A stretch of 64,000 nucleotides of DNA from an uncultured Saprospiraceae bacterium (GTDB taxonomy: Bacteria > Bacteroidota > Bacteroidia > Chitinophagales > Saprospiraceae): NCBI GenBank assembly GCA_942490835.1, contig CALNYY010000056.1, positions 84,280-148,279 on the forward strand, in the 5' to 3' direction. The notes under the pieces are model-generated. The model was not told where the DNA came from. It saw only the letters and a list, made by a program, of their open reading frames with translations, and did no database searches. Shown here piece after piece: positions 1 through 9,074 of the stretch. The position numbers and the translations under genes are program-made. Within the stretch, counting starts at the first letter, position 1. Every line of letters starts with the position of its first letter.

Positions 1-3000
1 GATCCATCCTCATTCAGCCATTGGTAATTAGCATTCGGGTCCAAAACGTTATTCAAAATTATTTCATCACCAGAGCAGATAAATGGTGGTGACGGAAAAG
101 AATAGCTTGGATCCGGCAATACCTGAATGGTTACTTGTGCGCTTGAAGGGCATCCCATAAATTCACCTTCTACTTGATAGGTAATCGTTCCGGGAGGAGT
201 TGCAGTCGGATCGGTGCAATCTGAACAACTAAGACCTGTCGCCGGTGACCATTCCCATGAATCGATAGGCTGATCAGCAGTAGCTAATAAATCAACAGAT
301 TCACCTGGGCAAATTATTGGATTTTCTGGCGTTATAGTTATTTCTGCAACAGGAATCACAATTATTTCAATAGTGTCCGATGCTGCGCATGCATTATTTG
401 TAGTCTCACGAATATAAGTTTGTGTCGATACTGCATTTATTGCCAGATTATAAAGGCTGTCGGGGGACACTGCCCCAGTTGTAGGTGTCCATTGAAACAT
501 TATGTCTGGAAAGAAAGCCAACTCGTAATTTGGCGATACGAGCGATACTACCTCTCCCTGGCAATAAGTATCTTTCGCTGGGATTGCTTCAATATGCATA
601 TCTGTTGGCAATGAATCCACTCTGACATAAACGGAATCCAAAACGGTGCATGAACCAACTACTAAAGTTGAATAGTACCAAGTGGAAACTACTGGATTTA
701 CAGTAACATTTTCCAGATCAATAATTGTCAACGAATCAGTTGGAGTCCATGTTAAACCAATACCCCCAGTACTACTGGTTGCAGAAATATCTGCACTTTC
801 ACCCAAACAGATATAGATTGTATCTGGCGATATGTCAACATCTGCAGGCAGAACAGTAATTGTAACCTCGTCCATTTCTGTACAAAGTCCATTGACACTT
901 GTGGCTGTCAACGTATATGTTGTTGTTTGATCTGGTGTAGCTGTAGCGTTGGGTATGGTAGCATCATCCAGCCAATCACTCGGTGTCCATTCAAATGTTG
1001 TGGAGCTATTATTCACCTCAGCGGCCAATTGCACACTTGAATTTTGGCAAATAAGTGTGTCATTTACCACCCATTCTGGGAAATTGAATGGTTCAACATT
1101 TATGGTTATTTCGTCACTTGCAGTACACCCTCCTGTTGCTGTAACAGATGCAGTATAAGTGGTGGTTGCTGTCGGATGAGCATTTGGGACATTACTTGTC
1201 GGATCATCAAGTCCTGTTTCTGGATTCCAAACCAAACCAACATTATTTACATTATTGACAGCCTCTAATTGAACAACCTCTCCTTCGCAAATGTCAATAG
1301 GTCCAACAGGTAGGATATTTAGTTGTGGAGAAATTACTTGCAGAAATATCTCATCTGTATCAGTACATGTCCCAACAGTTCCTGTAACTGAAACAGTTTG
1401 ACTTGTCATCACAGTTGCAGTTGGCGAAGAGCTATTGGGGTTATCGAATACAGATGCCGGTTCCCAACTATAGCTCGCCGCGCCAGTGGCTTCGAGGTTC
1501 GCAGTAAAAATTCCATCGCAAACAAATACCGTATCACTATCGGATAGAATTTCTACTTCAACATTGTCTTTTAACTCAATCGTTAGCGTTGATAATTCAA
1601 TTTCACCACAACCATAATCGCTTGATAATGTAATTTCTATTGTCTCCGTTCCTTCTGAGATTGCATCAGCAACCGCGCTTATTGGAAAACTTATCTGGGT
1701 ACTACCAGCAGGGATTGTAATACTTCCGGGCAATGCCAAATTATAATCAGTCCCTAAAGTGGCCGAGCCTCCAAGTGTTACATTAAATATAGATGGCACC
1801 TGCAAAGGCTCCGACAAGTTTATTGTCAAGTTCCCTTCTGTTGAAATACACCCTTCTACCAAATAGTCTATCCCGGTATTATAATCTATTGCCAAAAATG
1901 GCAATCCAATATTTGATGATTGAATAAATAGGCCGGAATCATCATTTGTATCAGTATCACCAATTGCAATTTTCACATGATAGGTAGCACATGCATTTAC
2001 ATTCCTTGCCGCTTTCAAAGTTTTAGATGTACCCAAATAGTCAGAAGTTAATCCGTTGTAAGTGATATTTGGGCTGTTTAGATTGTTCCTGAAATATTCC
2101 CAATTTGTGGATGCATTAACTCGTTGAATTTGCACCAAATTGGTATTGCTGGTGCCAGGCACCCACGCCAAATTCTCCTGACCGTTTAAGCCATTTAGGC
2201 CAACAATGCCAGGGCCAGATATTAGAACTGCAATAAGGTCATCCGAAAATGGTGAAAAATCTTCTTCATATTCCTCTGAACCAAAAACATATTCAAATCC
2301 TATTCTATTTGTTTTTGCTAAAATGTCCATTTCGACAACACAGACATCGCCAGTTCCAAAACTGAAGCCCACTCCAAAAGTTTCATCCAAAAAATTTAGG
2401 TCTGGGTCTCCACCAAATCCAATATCATTATCAGCATGAAAACTTGCAGGATTACTTACTTGCGAAGCTGAACCTGTTGTTAATAGCAAGCCATCTTGCA
2501 TTCCTAATGTAGTTTCGTCTCCTTGCTGAAACAATCCATAAGCATCATTGTCACAATTAATATTAGTGACTGTCACGTCAAAAAATGGATTAGCAAACAT
2601 ATCTTCAATTGCAGATGCTGAAGGACCAACTTCAAGGTTTAAATCGCCCGAATTGCCACAATTATCGCTGCATTCCCAACTTCCGATAAATCCTTCAAAG
2701 TTGACTGAATTGTTAGAAGTGAACTCAACAGTCAAACAACCACTACTAGCTACCACTTCGTAACACACACCACCGTTACTGTTATTATTCGCTAATGTTG
2801 ACCCATCAGCTATAGAACTAATAAAAGGACTGTTTGTGTCAGGCCCATCATAAAACGAAAGGTTTTCACCTCCATTCTGAATGTTATATTGACTTAGAGA
2901 AAAAATAAGGCACTCGTGAGGATCAGACGGGCAAATTGTAAAGGAATGGTTTTCATTATTTCCATAATCACCATTTGGCCCTCCAGTATCGTAGAGTACA

Positions 3001-3548
3001 CCGGAACATAGATCACTTCCGGAGTCTGCAATTGAAAATTCTGTTTGAATAAATTCCTGAATACATAATTCAAAATCACCCCAGTTCTGGCTTGCATTTG
3101 CAGACCAATCATTTATTCTCAGAAAGTAAGTAATGCCGGGCGTAAGTCCTGTAATATTTATAGAAACCTCAGAATCATCATTGTTTGATGTCGCACAATC
3201 AAGCAGTACTAACTCATCAAATCCACAATCGCCTCGATATAATGCAAGTTGGGGGTTCGAAATTGGTGCTCCACTTGCGCCTGTTACATTTATTTCATAA
3301 TTCAAAATCGAAGCGGAGGCAACAAACGAAAACCATACATCTCTGACTGGCGTACCATTGAAACATGGCGGGAAATTGTCATTTCCAATATTACTCTCAG
3401 TCGCATCAATATTGGTATATATTCCAGGGGAAGGACAGATAGGTGCTTCACCTAATTCAATAATTCCAGTACAGTTATCATTTATGGGTTGGGAGAACGC
3501 AAAATTGGAGATAAATGCCAGGGAAAGCAGAAAAATTATTTGTTTCAT
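1..3548 (-). CDS. Large secreted multidomain adhesin-like protein, N-terminal ~1180 aa (3' end lies beyond window start)
   Basis: Absent from the ORF track because it runs off the window. My reverse-strand translation from the ATG (complement of 3546-3548) gives MKQIIFLLSLAFISNFAFSQPINDNCTG... (signal peptide) and stays open to position 1. It contains DNDIGFGGDPDLNFL...VVEMDILAKTNRIGFEYVFGSEEYEEDF...LIAVLISGPG (choice-of-anchor-L-like). It also has a CUB-like stretch and a Calx-beta-like stretch (GGSATLGTDYNL..ITIPAGSTQISFPISAVADAISEGTETIEITL), followed by repeated Cys-containing Ig-like modules. Confidence 0.8.
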   Translation of the reverse strand, partial: MKQIIFLLSLAFISNFAFSQPINDNCTGIIELGEAPICPSPGIYTNIDATESNIGNDNFPPCFNGTPVRDVWFSFVASASILNYEINVTGASGAPISNPQLALYRGDCGFDELVLLDCATSNNDDSEVSINITGLTPGITYFLRINDWSANASQNWGDFELCIQEFIQTEFSIADSGSDLCSGVLYDTGGPNGDYGNNENHSFTICPSDPHECLIFSLSQYNIQNGGENLSFYDGPDTNSPFISSIADGSTLANNNSNGGVCYEVVASSGCLTVEFTSNNSVNFEGFIGSWECSDNCGNSGDLNLEVGPSASAIEDMFANPFFDVTVTNINCDNDAYGLFQQGDETTLGMQDGLLLTTGSASQVSNPASFHADNDIGFGGDPDLNFLDETFGVGFSFGTGDVCVVEMDILAKTNRIGFEYVFGSEEYEEDFSPFSDDLIAVLISGPGIVGLNGLNGQENLAWVPGTSNTNLVQIQRVNASTNWEYFRNNLNSPNITYNGLTSDYLGTSKTLKAARNVNACATYHVKIAIGDTDTNDDSGLFIQSSNIGLPFLAIDYNTGIDYLVEGCISTEGNLTINLSEPLQVPSIFNVTLGGSATLGTDYNLALPGSITIPAGSTQISFPISAVADAISEGTETIEITLSSDYGCGEIELSTLTIELKDNVEVEILSDSDTVFVCDGIFTANLEATGAASYSWEPASVFDNPNSSSPTATVMTSQTVSVTGTVGTCTDTDEIFLQVISPQLNILPVGPIDICEGEVVQLEAVNNVNNVGLVWNPETGLDDPTSNVPNAHPTATTTYTASVTATGGCTASDEITINVEPFNFPEWVVNDTLICQNSSVQLAAEVNNSSTTFEWTPSDWLDDATIPNATATPDQTTTYTLTATSVNGLCTEMDEVTITVLPADVDISPDTIYICLGESADISATSSTGGIGLTWTPTDSLTIIDLENVTVNPVVSTWYYSTLVVGSCTVLDSVYVRVDSLPTDMHIEAIPAKDTYCQGEVVSLVSPNYELAFFPDIMFQWTPTTGAVSPDSLYNLAINAVSTQTYIRETTNNACAASDTIEIIVIPVAEITITPENPIICPGESVDLLATADQPIDSWEWSPATGLSCSDCTDPTATPPGTITYQVEGEFMGCPSSAQVTIQVLPDPSYSFPSPPFICSGDEIILNNVLDPNANYQWLNEDG

Positions 3549-3596
3549 ATAAAGGGAAAGTCTATATTTTTTGAAGTGTCTAAATCATAAGAGGGT

Positions 3597-3604
3597 CAAA
3601 TTTA
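3597..3604 (-). promoter_or_regulatory. Candidate -7 promoter element (TAAATTTG on minus strand) for the adhesin gene
   Basis: Plus-strand CAAATTTA is the reverse complement of the Bacteroidota TAnnTTTG motif, about 50 nt upstream of the ATG at 3548. No clean -33 TTTG partner. Confidence 0.3.
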
Positions 3605-3826
3605 GCCCCTTGATTCATATTCGTTTAACATTTGGTAAATAATCGTGTCGGTTGTGAGGCAATATACTTTTTCACAATCCAAAAGATTAACTTCCTGCAT
3701 AAGAATGGTTTCAAACATGCAACCATTTTGACAGCAACTGTCAGTTATAGTCGCCTTTCTTTCAGATTCAATAAATACAAGCTAACTTTCCTTTTAAATA
3801 TTAATCATTCACAAATTAACTATTCA

Positions 3827-5779
3827 ATGAAACAATACATAAACTACCTCACATTATTGGCTTTTCTTGGATTCAGCCAATTTGCCTTTGGACAGAACAT
3901 GGTCTTCACTCCAGAGAAAATTAGCCCTGGCGATCAAATATCTTTCAAATATAACCTATCCGAATCTCCATTTACAGGAGTAGAATCTATAGAAATTGTT
4001 GCCTATCAATATAACAACAATGAATTGATGGCATACGATGTGGATTTCACGTCTGTCAATGGTGTCATTTCTGGAAGCATTCCCACAAATGAGTCTACTA
4101 CTGCTACATTTTTCTCCATTAAAAGCGAAGACGGAAAAATCTCCGATAACAATAATGATAAAGGATACAAAATCCTATCTGTAAATGACCATGGCGACCC
4201 GGTGATGGGAGCGATAGGTGCTAAGGCACTTATGTACAGCTCTTATTACCGATATGCTGGCATAGAAATGAATCGTGAAAAGGCATTCAACTTATTTAAA
4301 AGAGAATTTGAAGCTTACCCTGCGTCAAAATCGAATGGTACATTTTTAAGCAATTACGCATTTCAGTGCAATAAACTCAAAAAAGAAGGCGAATTAGCAC
4401 AACTTAAAGATTGGATGTTCGAGATAGCTAATAATAAAAAAGCCAGTGAAGAGAACTTGGTGACAGCTCGTGGTTTTGCTGCCAACATTTTCGAAAATGA
4501 GGAAATGTCAGAATCGCTCAAATCAACTATTTTGAAAAATTATCCTAAAGGGAAATTGGCTCAAAATGAAATGAAATCAGATTTCAGGAGCAAAGACTTG
4601 ACTGAACAAGTAGCATTTGTAGATGAGTACGCTAAAAAGTTCAGCAACTCGGAGACACTTCAGGCTGACCTTGATTATATGTATGCAAGTATTGCTTCTA
4701 AATATGCTAAAGAAAAAGATTTAGAGGATTTTGAAAAATACATGAATAAGATCCAAGATCCAATGAGAAAGGCAGGATCATTAAATGGGCTGGCTTGGCC
4801 TATGTCTGGTGAAAGCATCGCCGCAGAGGCGCCTATGGCGAAGGATGGATTAAAATATTCCAAAAAATCATTGGAATTATTGGAATCCGCCATGTCTGAT
4901 CCAGCGAGTACCAAGCCAAATACTATTTCCATCAACAACTGGAAGAAAAATTTAAAAAGCAGTTATGGAATGTATGCAGACACTTATGCTTTATTGGCTT
5001 ACAAAACAGGAGATGTTTCAACAGCCTTAGAATATCAAACGGTAGCCTGTGAACAAAACAAGTTTCGTGACGGAGAAATGAACGAGCGATATTGTATTTA
5101 TTTTGAAAAAAATAATGGCGGAGCTAAAACGGAGAAATTGTTGGCAAAATTTATAGCGGAAGGTAATGCCAGTTCTGCAATGAAGGAGAATCACAAAAAA
5201 TTATTCATTGAAAATAACACACTTGAAAGTGCTTATGACAAATACTTGGTGCAGCTTGAAAAAGAAGCTATTGAAAAATTGAGAAAAGAGATCAAAGAGA
5301 AGATGATTGAGAAAGATGCTCCAAATTTCAATTTGGTTAATCTTGATGGCCAAAAAGTTTCACTCGAATCACTAAAAGGAAAAGTTGTTGTAGTTGATTT
5401 TTGGGCAACTTGGTGCGGCCCATGTAAGGCGTCTTTCCCAGGCATGCAAAAAGCAGTTAATAATTTCAGTAAATCCGAAGACGTTGCTTTCGTCTTTATC
5501 GATACATGGGAAAGAGGAGATGAAAAGGAGAAAAATGCAGCAGAATTTATCAACTCTAACAATTATACTTTCAACGTATTGATGGACAATGATAATGAGG
5601 TCGTAACAGCCTATGGTGTTAGTGGCATTCCAACAAAATACGTGATTGATAAGAATGGAAAAATAAGGTTCAAAAGTGTTGGATTTGGTGGCAATGATGA
5701 GGAATTGGTAACGGAGATGGAGGTGATGATTGAAATGGCAGGAGGCACACTTTCAAAAGAACTTACCGGAGCACCATAA
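3827..5779 (+). CDS. Secreted TlpA/ResA-like thiol:disulfide oxidoreductase with a ~500-aa N-terminal extension
   Basis: The ORF track starts at a TTG (3632). The ATG at 3827 gives MKQYINYLTLLAFLGFSQFAFGQ (signal peptide). The C-terminus has APNFNLVNLDGQKVSLESLKGKVVVVDFWATWCGPC (thioredoxin-fold CxxC redoxin). Confidence 0.8.
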   Translation: MKQYINYLTLLAFLGFSQFAFGQNMVFTPEKISPGDQISFKYNLSESPFTGVESIEIVAYQYNNNELMAYDVDFTSVNGVISGSIPTNESTTATFFSIKSEDGKISDNNNDKGYKILSVNDHGDPVMGAIGAKALMYSSYYRYAGIEMNREKAFNLFKREFEAYPASKSNGTFLSNYAFQCNKLKKEGELAQLKDWMFEIANNKKASEENLVTARGFAANIFENEEMSESLKSTILKNYPKGKLAQNEMKSDFRSKDLTEQVAFVDEYAKKFSNSETLQADLDYMYASIASKYAKEKDLEDFEKYMNKIQDPMRKAGSLNGLAWPMSGESIAAEAPMAKDGLKYSKKSLELLESAMSDPASTKPNTISINNWKKNLKSSYGMYADTYALLAYKTGDVSTALEYQTVACEQNKFRDGEMNERYCIYFEKNNGGAKTEKLLAKFIAEGNASSAMKENHKKLFIENNTLESAYDKYLVQLEKEAIEKLRKEIKEKMIEKDAPNFNLVNLDGQKVSLESLKGKVVVVDFWATWCGPCKASFPGMQKAVNNFSKSEDVAFVFIDTWERGDEKEKNAAEFINSNNYTFNVLMDNDNEVVTAYGVSGIPTKYVIDKNGKIRFKSVGFGGNDEELVTEMEVMIEMAGGTLSKELTGAP

Positions 5780-5784
5780 GTTTC

Positions 5785-5825
5785 AAAAAATGAGGAGTCA
5801 GGTAATTTCATGGCTCCTCATTTTT
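5785..5825. terminator. Bidirectional hairpin terminator between convergent genes
   Basis: AAAAAATGAGGAG (5785-5797) pairs with CTCCTCATTTTT (5814-5825), giving A/T runs on both sides. It overlaps the sbcD stop codon. Confidence 0.55.
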
Positions 5826-7032
5826 CCTTTTCTCTTACCCATTCTTCCAGCTCTTTGAATGTCGTCAACAATTCTTCTGTATCCTTGGCTGGCCTTCCTC
5901 CACTCTCACATTTTTTCTTGAATACATCGATCGGTTCTAATTCATCCAGTTCCTGGTGTTCTAATTGTTCACTAAGGGTTTGAAAATTGTATTTTGCTCG
6001 GGTTTTCAAAATTTCAACATTGAAGTCTTTCACAAATTCTTGGAGAATTCCATTTAGGTTTGGAATAATTGAGTCCGATTCAACAATAACTTCTACCCAA
6101 ACAGTTAACCCATCTTGGTAATCATGATGTAGTTTTTCCAATCGCTCTTGAACGTATTCGAAAGTCCCTGAAATAGATTTAAGCCTTCTAAAAATGGGTA
6201 CTTTTATTTCTTCGATATTTGAAATATTCTTTCCTTGAAATTCAATCAGCGTAACTGATTTTTCATCTTTTGTTTCACTAAAACTCAGAGGAATTAAAGA
6301 ACCAGAATATCGGATCTTTTCAAATGGTGCTATAGCTTGTGGTCGATGAATATGCCCTAAAGCAACATAATCGAAAACAGAAGGAAACTGATCCGCCGAA
6401 ATATTCTCCAAACTTCCCAAATAAATATTATCCTGCTTTTCACTGCTTTTATGGCCTGTAACACATAAGTGGCCTGTAGCAATTACGGGTACTTTCGCAA
6501 AATCTTCATTTAAACAAGCTTCGCTAATATTTTGGTAATGGTTGAGAATTCCTTCTCGAATCCTTTCAATTCTATCATTACTTGAATTATTTGAAACGAC
6601 CCGTCGAAGGTCTTGATCTCTTAGAAATGGAACAGCTGCAACCACTAACTGCAAATGGCCTTTCTCATCTGTTAATCGGATGATTTGCTCAGAGGGGTCT
6701 TCGGCAGCTTTGCCAACAAGATGTACATTTAATATTGACAAGATTTCTTTAGGGGCTTCAAGCATTTGTGGAGAATCGTGATTGCCGCCTATAACAACAA
6801 TATGTCTGCATTTGGTCTGCCACAGCAACTTCAAGAAATTATAGTAAAGTGACCTTGAACTACTGGGTGGATTGCCTATGTCAAAAATATCACCTGCAAT
6901 GATGAGCACTTCAATCTCCTGTTGAACGATTATTTCCGCCAACCAATTTAAAGCCAATATGTGTTCTTCCTCTCTTTCTCTGGAGATGAATTTCTGGCCT
7001 AAATGCCAATCGGATGTGTGAAGAATTTTCAT
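5818..7032 (-). CDS. sbcD: Exonuclease SbcCD subunit D (Mre11-type phosphoesterase)
   Basis: MKILHTSDWHLGQKF..., GDIFD, GNHD and HxH motifs of calcineurin-like nucleases. The track start at 7059 is a TTG; the ATG at 7032 gives the canonical N-terminus. Confidence 0.85.
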   Translation of the reverse strand: MKILHTSDWHLGQKFISREREEEHILALNWLAEIIVQQEIEVLIIAGDIFDIGNPPSSSRSLYYNFLKLLWQTKCRHIVVIGGNHDSPQMLEAPKEILSILNVHLVGKAAEDPSEQIIRLTDEKGHLQLVVAAVPFLRDQDLRRVVSNNSSNDRIERIREGILNHYQNISEACLNEDFAKVPVIATGHLCVTGHKSSEKQDNIYLGSLENISADQFPSVFDYVALGHIHRPQAIAPFEKIRYSGSLIPLSFSETKDEKSVTLIEFQGKNISNIEEIKVPIFRRLKSISGTFEYVQERLEKLHHDYQDGLTVWVEVIVESDSIIPNLNGILQEFVKDFNVEILKTRAKYNFQTLSEQLEHQELDELEPIDVFKKKCESGGRPAKDTEELLTTFKELEEWVREKEK

Positions 7033-7117
7033 TTGATGCAAATGTAGCTTTTGAAGCAATTACTTTTCCCATAAATTCGCATCGCCTCTTCATTCTCTAT
7101 TTAATCTGACCAATGTG

Positions 7118-8380
7118 ATGAAATATTTTTGTAGTTCCATTTTAGTGCTATTCTTGATTAATGCCTGTAGCAAAAGTGTCCAAAAAGCAAATGAATCCAT
7201 TCAGCGTAACCAAATCGAAAACCAGGAACCCTACCTAATTTTGATCTCATTGGATGGCTATCGCTGGGATTATACCGAGCGATTTAACCCGCCTAATATT
7301 TCGAAGTTTATCCAAGAAGGTGTGCAAGCAGAATCCTTAATTCCTTGCTTTCCTACTAAAACTTTTCCAAACCATTACTCCATCGCCACGGGTATGTATC
7401 CAGACAAACATGGACTTGTTGACAATAATTTTTATTCGCCGGAAAAGGCAGCATATTATAAAACAAGAGATCGGGAAAAAGTAGAAAATGGTAAATGGTA
7501 CGGAGGAACGCCTATTTGGGTGCATGCTGAAAACAATGGGCTCATATCGGCATGTTATTTTTTTGTTGGATCGGAGGCAGACATTCAGGGAATTCGGCCA
7601 ACCTATTATTTCAACTATGATGGTAGTGTTTCAAACGAAAAGAGAGTAACACAGGCGTTGGATTGGCTAAAATTGCCATTATCAGAAAGGCCTCGAATGA
7701 TAACGCTTTATTTTTCTGATATGGACGATGCGGGACATCGATTTGGGCCTAATAATGACGAGGAATTACAGAAAAAATTATTTGCCCTTGATATGACATT
7801 GGGGAAATTGTTCGATGGTGTTAAAGCAACGGGATTGAATGTGAACATCATCATAGTTTCAGATCATGGCATGCTTGAAGTGCCCATTGAGCACTTTATG
7901 CCAATTGAACAGCTTGAAGATGAAGACCAGTATCAAATAGTCAGCAATGGCGCAATTGCACATGTATATGTAAATCAAGAAAGCGACTTAGATAAAATTT
8001 ATAGAAAATTAAAAAATCAGGAAAATCATTTTGAGGTATACAAAACAGTTAACGCCAAGGGATTCGATCAACCACCGACAAATCCAAATTGGGGAGATAT
8101 TCAAATTATTCCTGACAAAGGTTGGTATTTTACTTACCAGCGATCACTTTCTTTTATGAAAAATTCTGGAGTGAAAATAAAAGGTGAGCACGGATATTCG
8201 CCAGAATCAAAAGAACTCCATGGTATTTTCTATGCAAAAGGGACGGCTATAAATAAAGCTCAAACAATCCCATCCATAAAGAACATCCATATTTTTCCAT
8301 TGATGTGCCACATTCTTGGTTTGGATGTTCCAAAAAACATAGATGGTACACTTGAACAAATTGGCGGAGTACTAAAATAA
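7118..8380 (+). CDS. Ectonucleotide pyrophosphatase/phosphodiesterase (alkaline-phosphatase superfamily, NPP type), secreted
   Basis: LILISLDGYRWDY, FPTKTFPNHYSIATGMYPDKHGLVDN, DDAGHRFGP and SDHGM motifs. N-terminal signal/lipobox (LFLINAC). ATG at 7118 directly follows the GTG at 7115. Confidence 0.85.
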   Translation: MKYFCSSILVLFLINACSKSVQKANESIQRNQIENQEPYLILISLDGYRWDYTERFNPPNISKFIQEGVQAESLIPCFPTKTFPNHYSIATGMYPDKHGLVDNNFYSPEKAAYYKTRDREKVENGKWYGGTPIWVHAENNGLISACYFFVGSEADIQGIRPTYYFNYDGSVSNEKRVTQALDWLKLPLSERPRMITLYFSDMDDAGHRFGPNNDEELQKKLFALDMTLGKLFDGVKATGLNVNIIIVSDHGMLEVPIEHFMPIEQLEDEDQYQIVSNGAIAHVYVNQESDLDKIYRKLKNQENHFEVYKTVNAKGFDQPPTNPNWGDIQIIPDKGWYFTYQRSLSFMKNSGVKIKGEHGYSPESKELHGIFYAKGTAINKAQTIPSIKNIHIFPLMCHILGLDVPKNIDGTLEQIGGVLK

Positions 8381-8383
8381 AAA

Positions 8384-8412
8384 AGTCCAAGCCAATATTA
8401 AAGGCTTGGACT
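8384..8412. terminator. Bidirectional rho-independent terminator
   Basis: AGTCCAAGCC (8384-8393) pairs with GGCTTGGACT (8403-8412), flanked by A-run and T-run, between convergent genes. Confidence 0.7.
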
Positions 8413-8433
8413 TTTAAAAGTATCTATTTTGGT

Positions 8434-8976
8434 CTATTTACCACCGAAGCGGTAACCAATTCCGAGTTTACCATTGAACATAATATTGGTCCAATCTAAG
8501 TCGTAAGTTTCACCATCTACATCATAAGTGATATTGTCAACGATAGACCTTCCAGCACCAACTCCAATATCAAATACAAAACCAGAGTTTCCTACTACTT
8601 TGTATCCAAGTCCAAATCCAACTCCCATACGAGTAGATTTAGATCCGCCGAAACTTACTCCAGCATCATACTTCCTGCTTACAAAACGAAGGAAAGCATC
8701 GACATAAAATTTATCAGCGCCATGATTAGGGCTAACATAATATTTGCCAATAGCTGTCACTGGAAAAGAACTCCATTCTTGATCGCCTAAATCGCCGGCA
8801 GAATACCCAATAGCTGCTTCTACGCTTAAATTATCGGAAATTCCAAAATCAGCTCCGACATTAAAGTTTCCAAAAAGCAATCCTACGGGGTTGATAGTTG
8901 CATCAATTTGGGCATCAGATTTTGCCATAAATGTGCAGAAAATTGCAATAAGTGAAAGTAATTTAAATTTTTTCAT
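8434..8976 (-). CDS. Small outer-membrane beta-barrel protein
   Basis: Signal peptide, alternating Gly/aromatic beta-strand pattern, C-terminal GIGYRFGGK with a terminal aromatic region typical of OMP barrels. Confidence 0.7.
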   Translation of the reverse strand: MKKFKLLSLIAIFCTFMAKSDAQIDATINPVGLLFGNFNVGADFGISDNLSVEAAIGYSAGDLGDQEWSSFPVTAIGKYYVSPNHGADKFYVDAFLRFVSRKYDAGVSFGGSKSTRMGVGFGLGYKVVGNSGFVFDIGVGAGRSIVDNITYDVDGETYDLDWTNIMFNGKLGIGYRFGGK

Positions 8977-9002
8977 AAATTAGAATTAGGTTTTAAACGG
9001 TG

Positions 9003-9050
9003 AAAAAAATCGGTGGAAAGATAAAATCAAATTTGATTTTCCATACCTCC
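9003..9050 (-). terminator. Hairpin plus T-run after the OmpA-family gene
   Basis: Contains the 18-bp palindrome AAAATCAAATTTGATTTT with extended imperfect arms. On the minus strand it is followed by GATTTTTTT. Confidence 0.45.
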
Positions 9051-9074
9051 TTTATGATTTATTTAATGCTTTAC

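Noticed and set aside
3243-3262. GGGGGTTCGAAATTGG resembles a tRNA T-arm (GGTTCGAA).
   Set aside because: No complementary acceptor or T-stem partner surrounds it, and it lies inside the continuous adhesin reading frame.
3632-3826. N-terminal extension of the redoxin ORF from a TTG at 3632.
   Set aside because: The extension has no signal-peptide character. The internal ATG at 3827 gives a canonical signal peptide. The extension would also cover the divergent promoter region.
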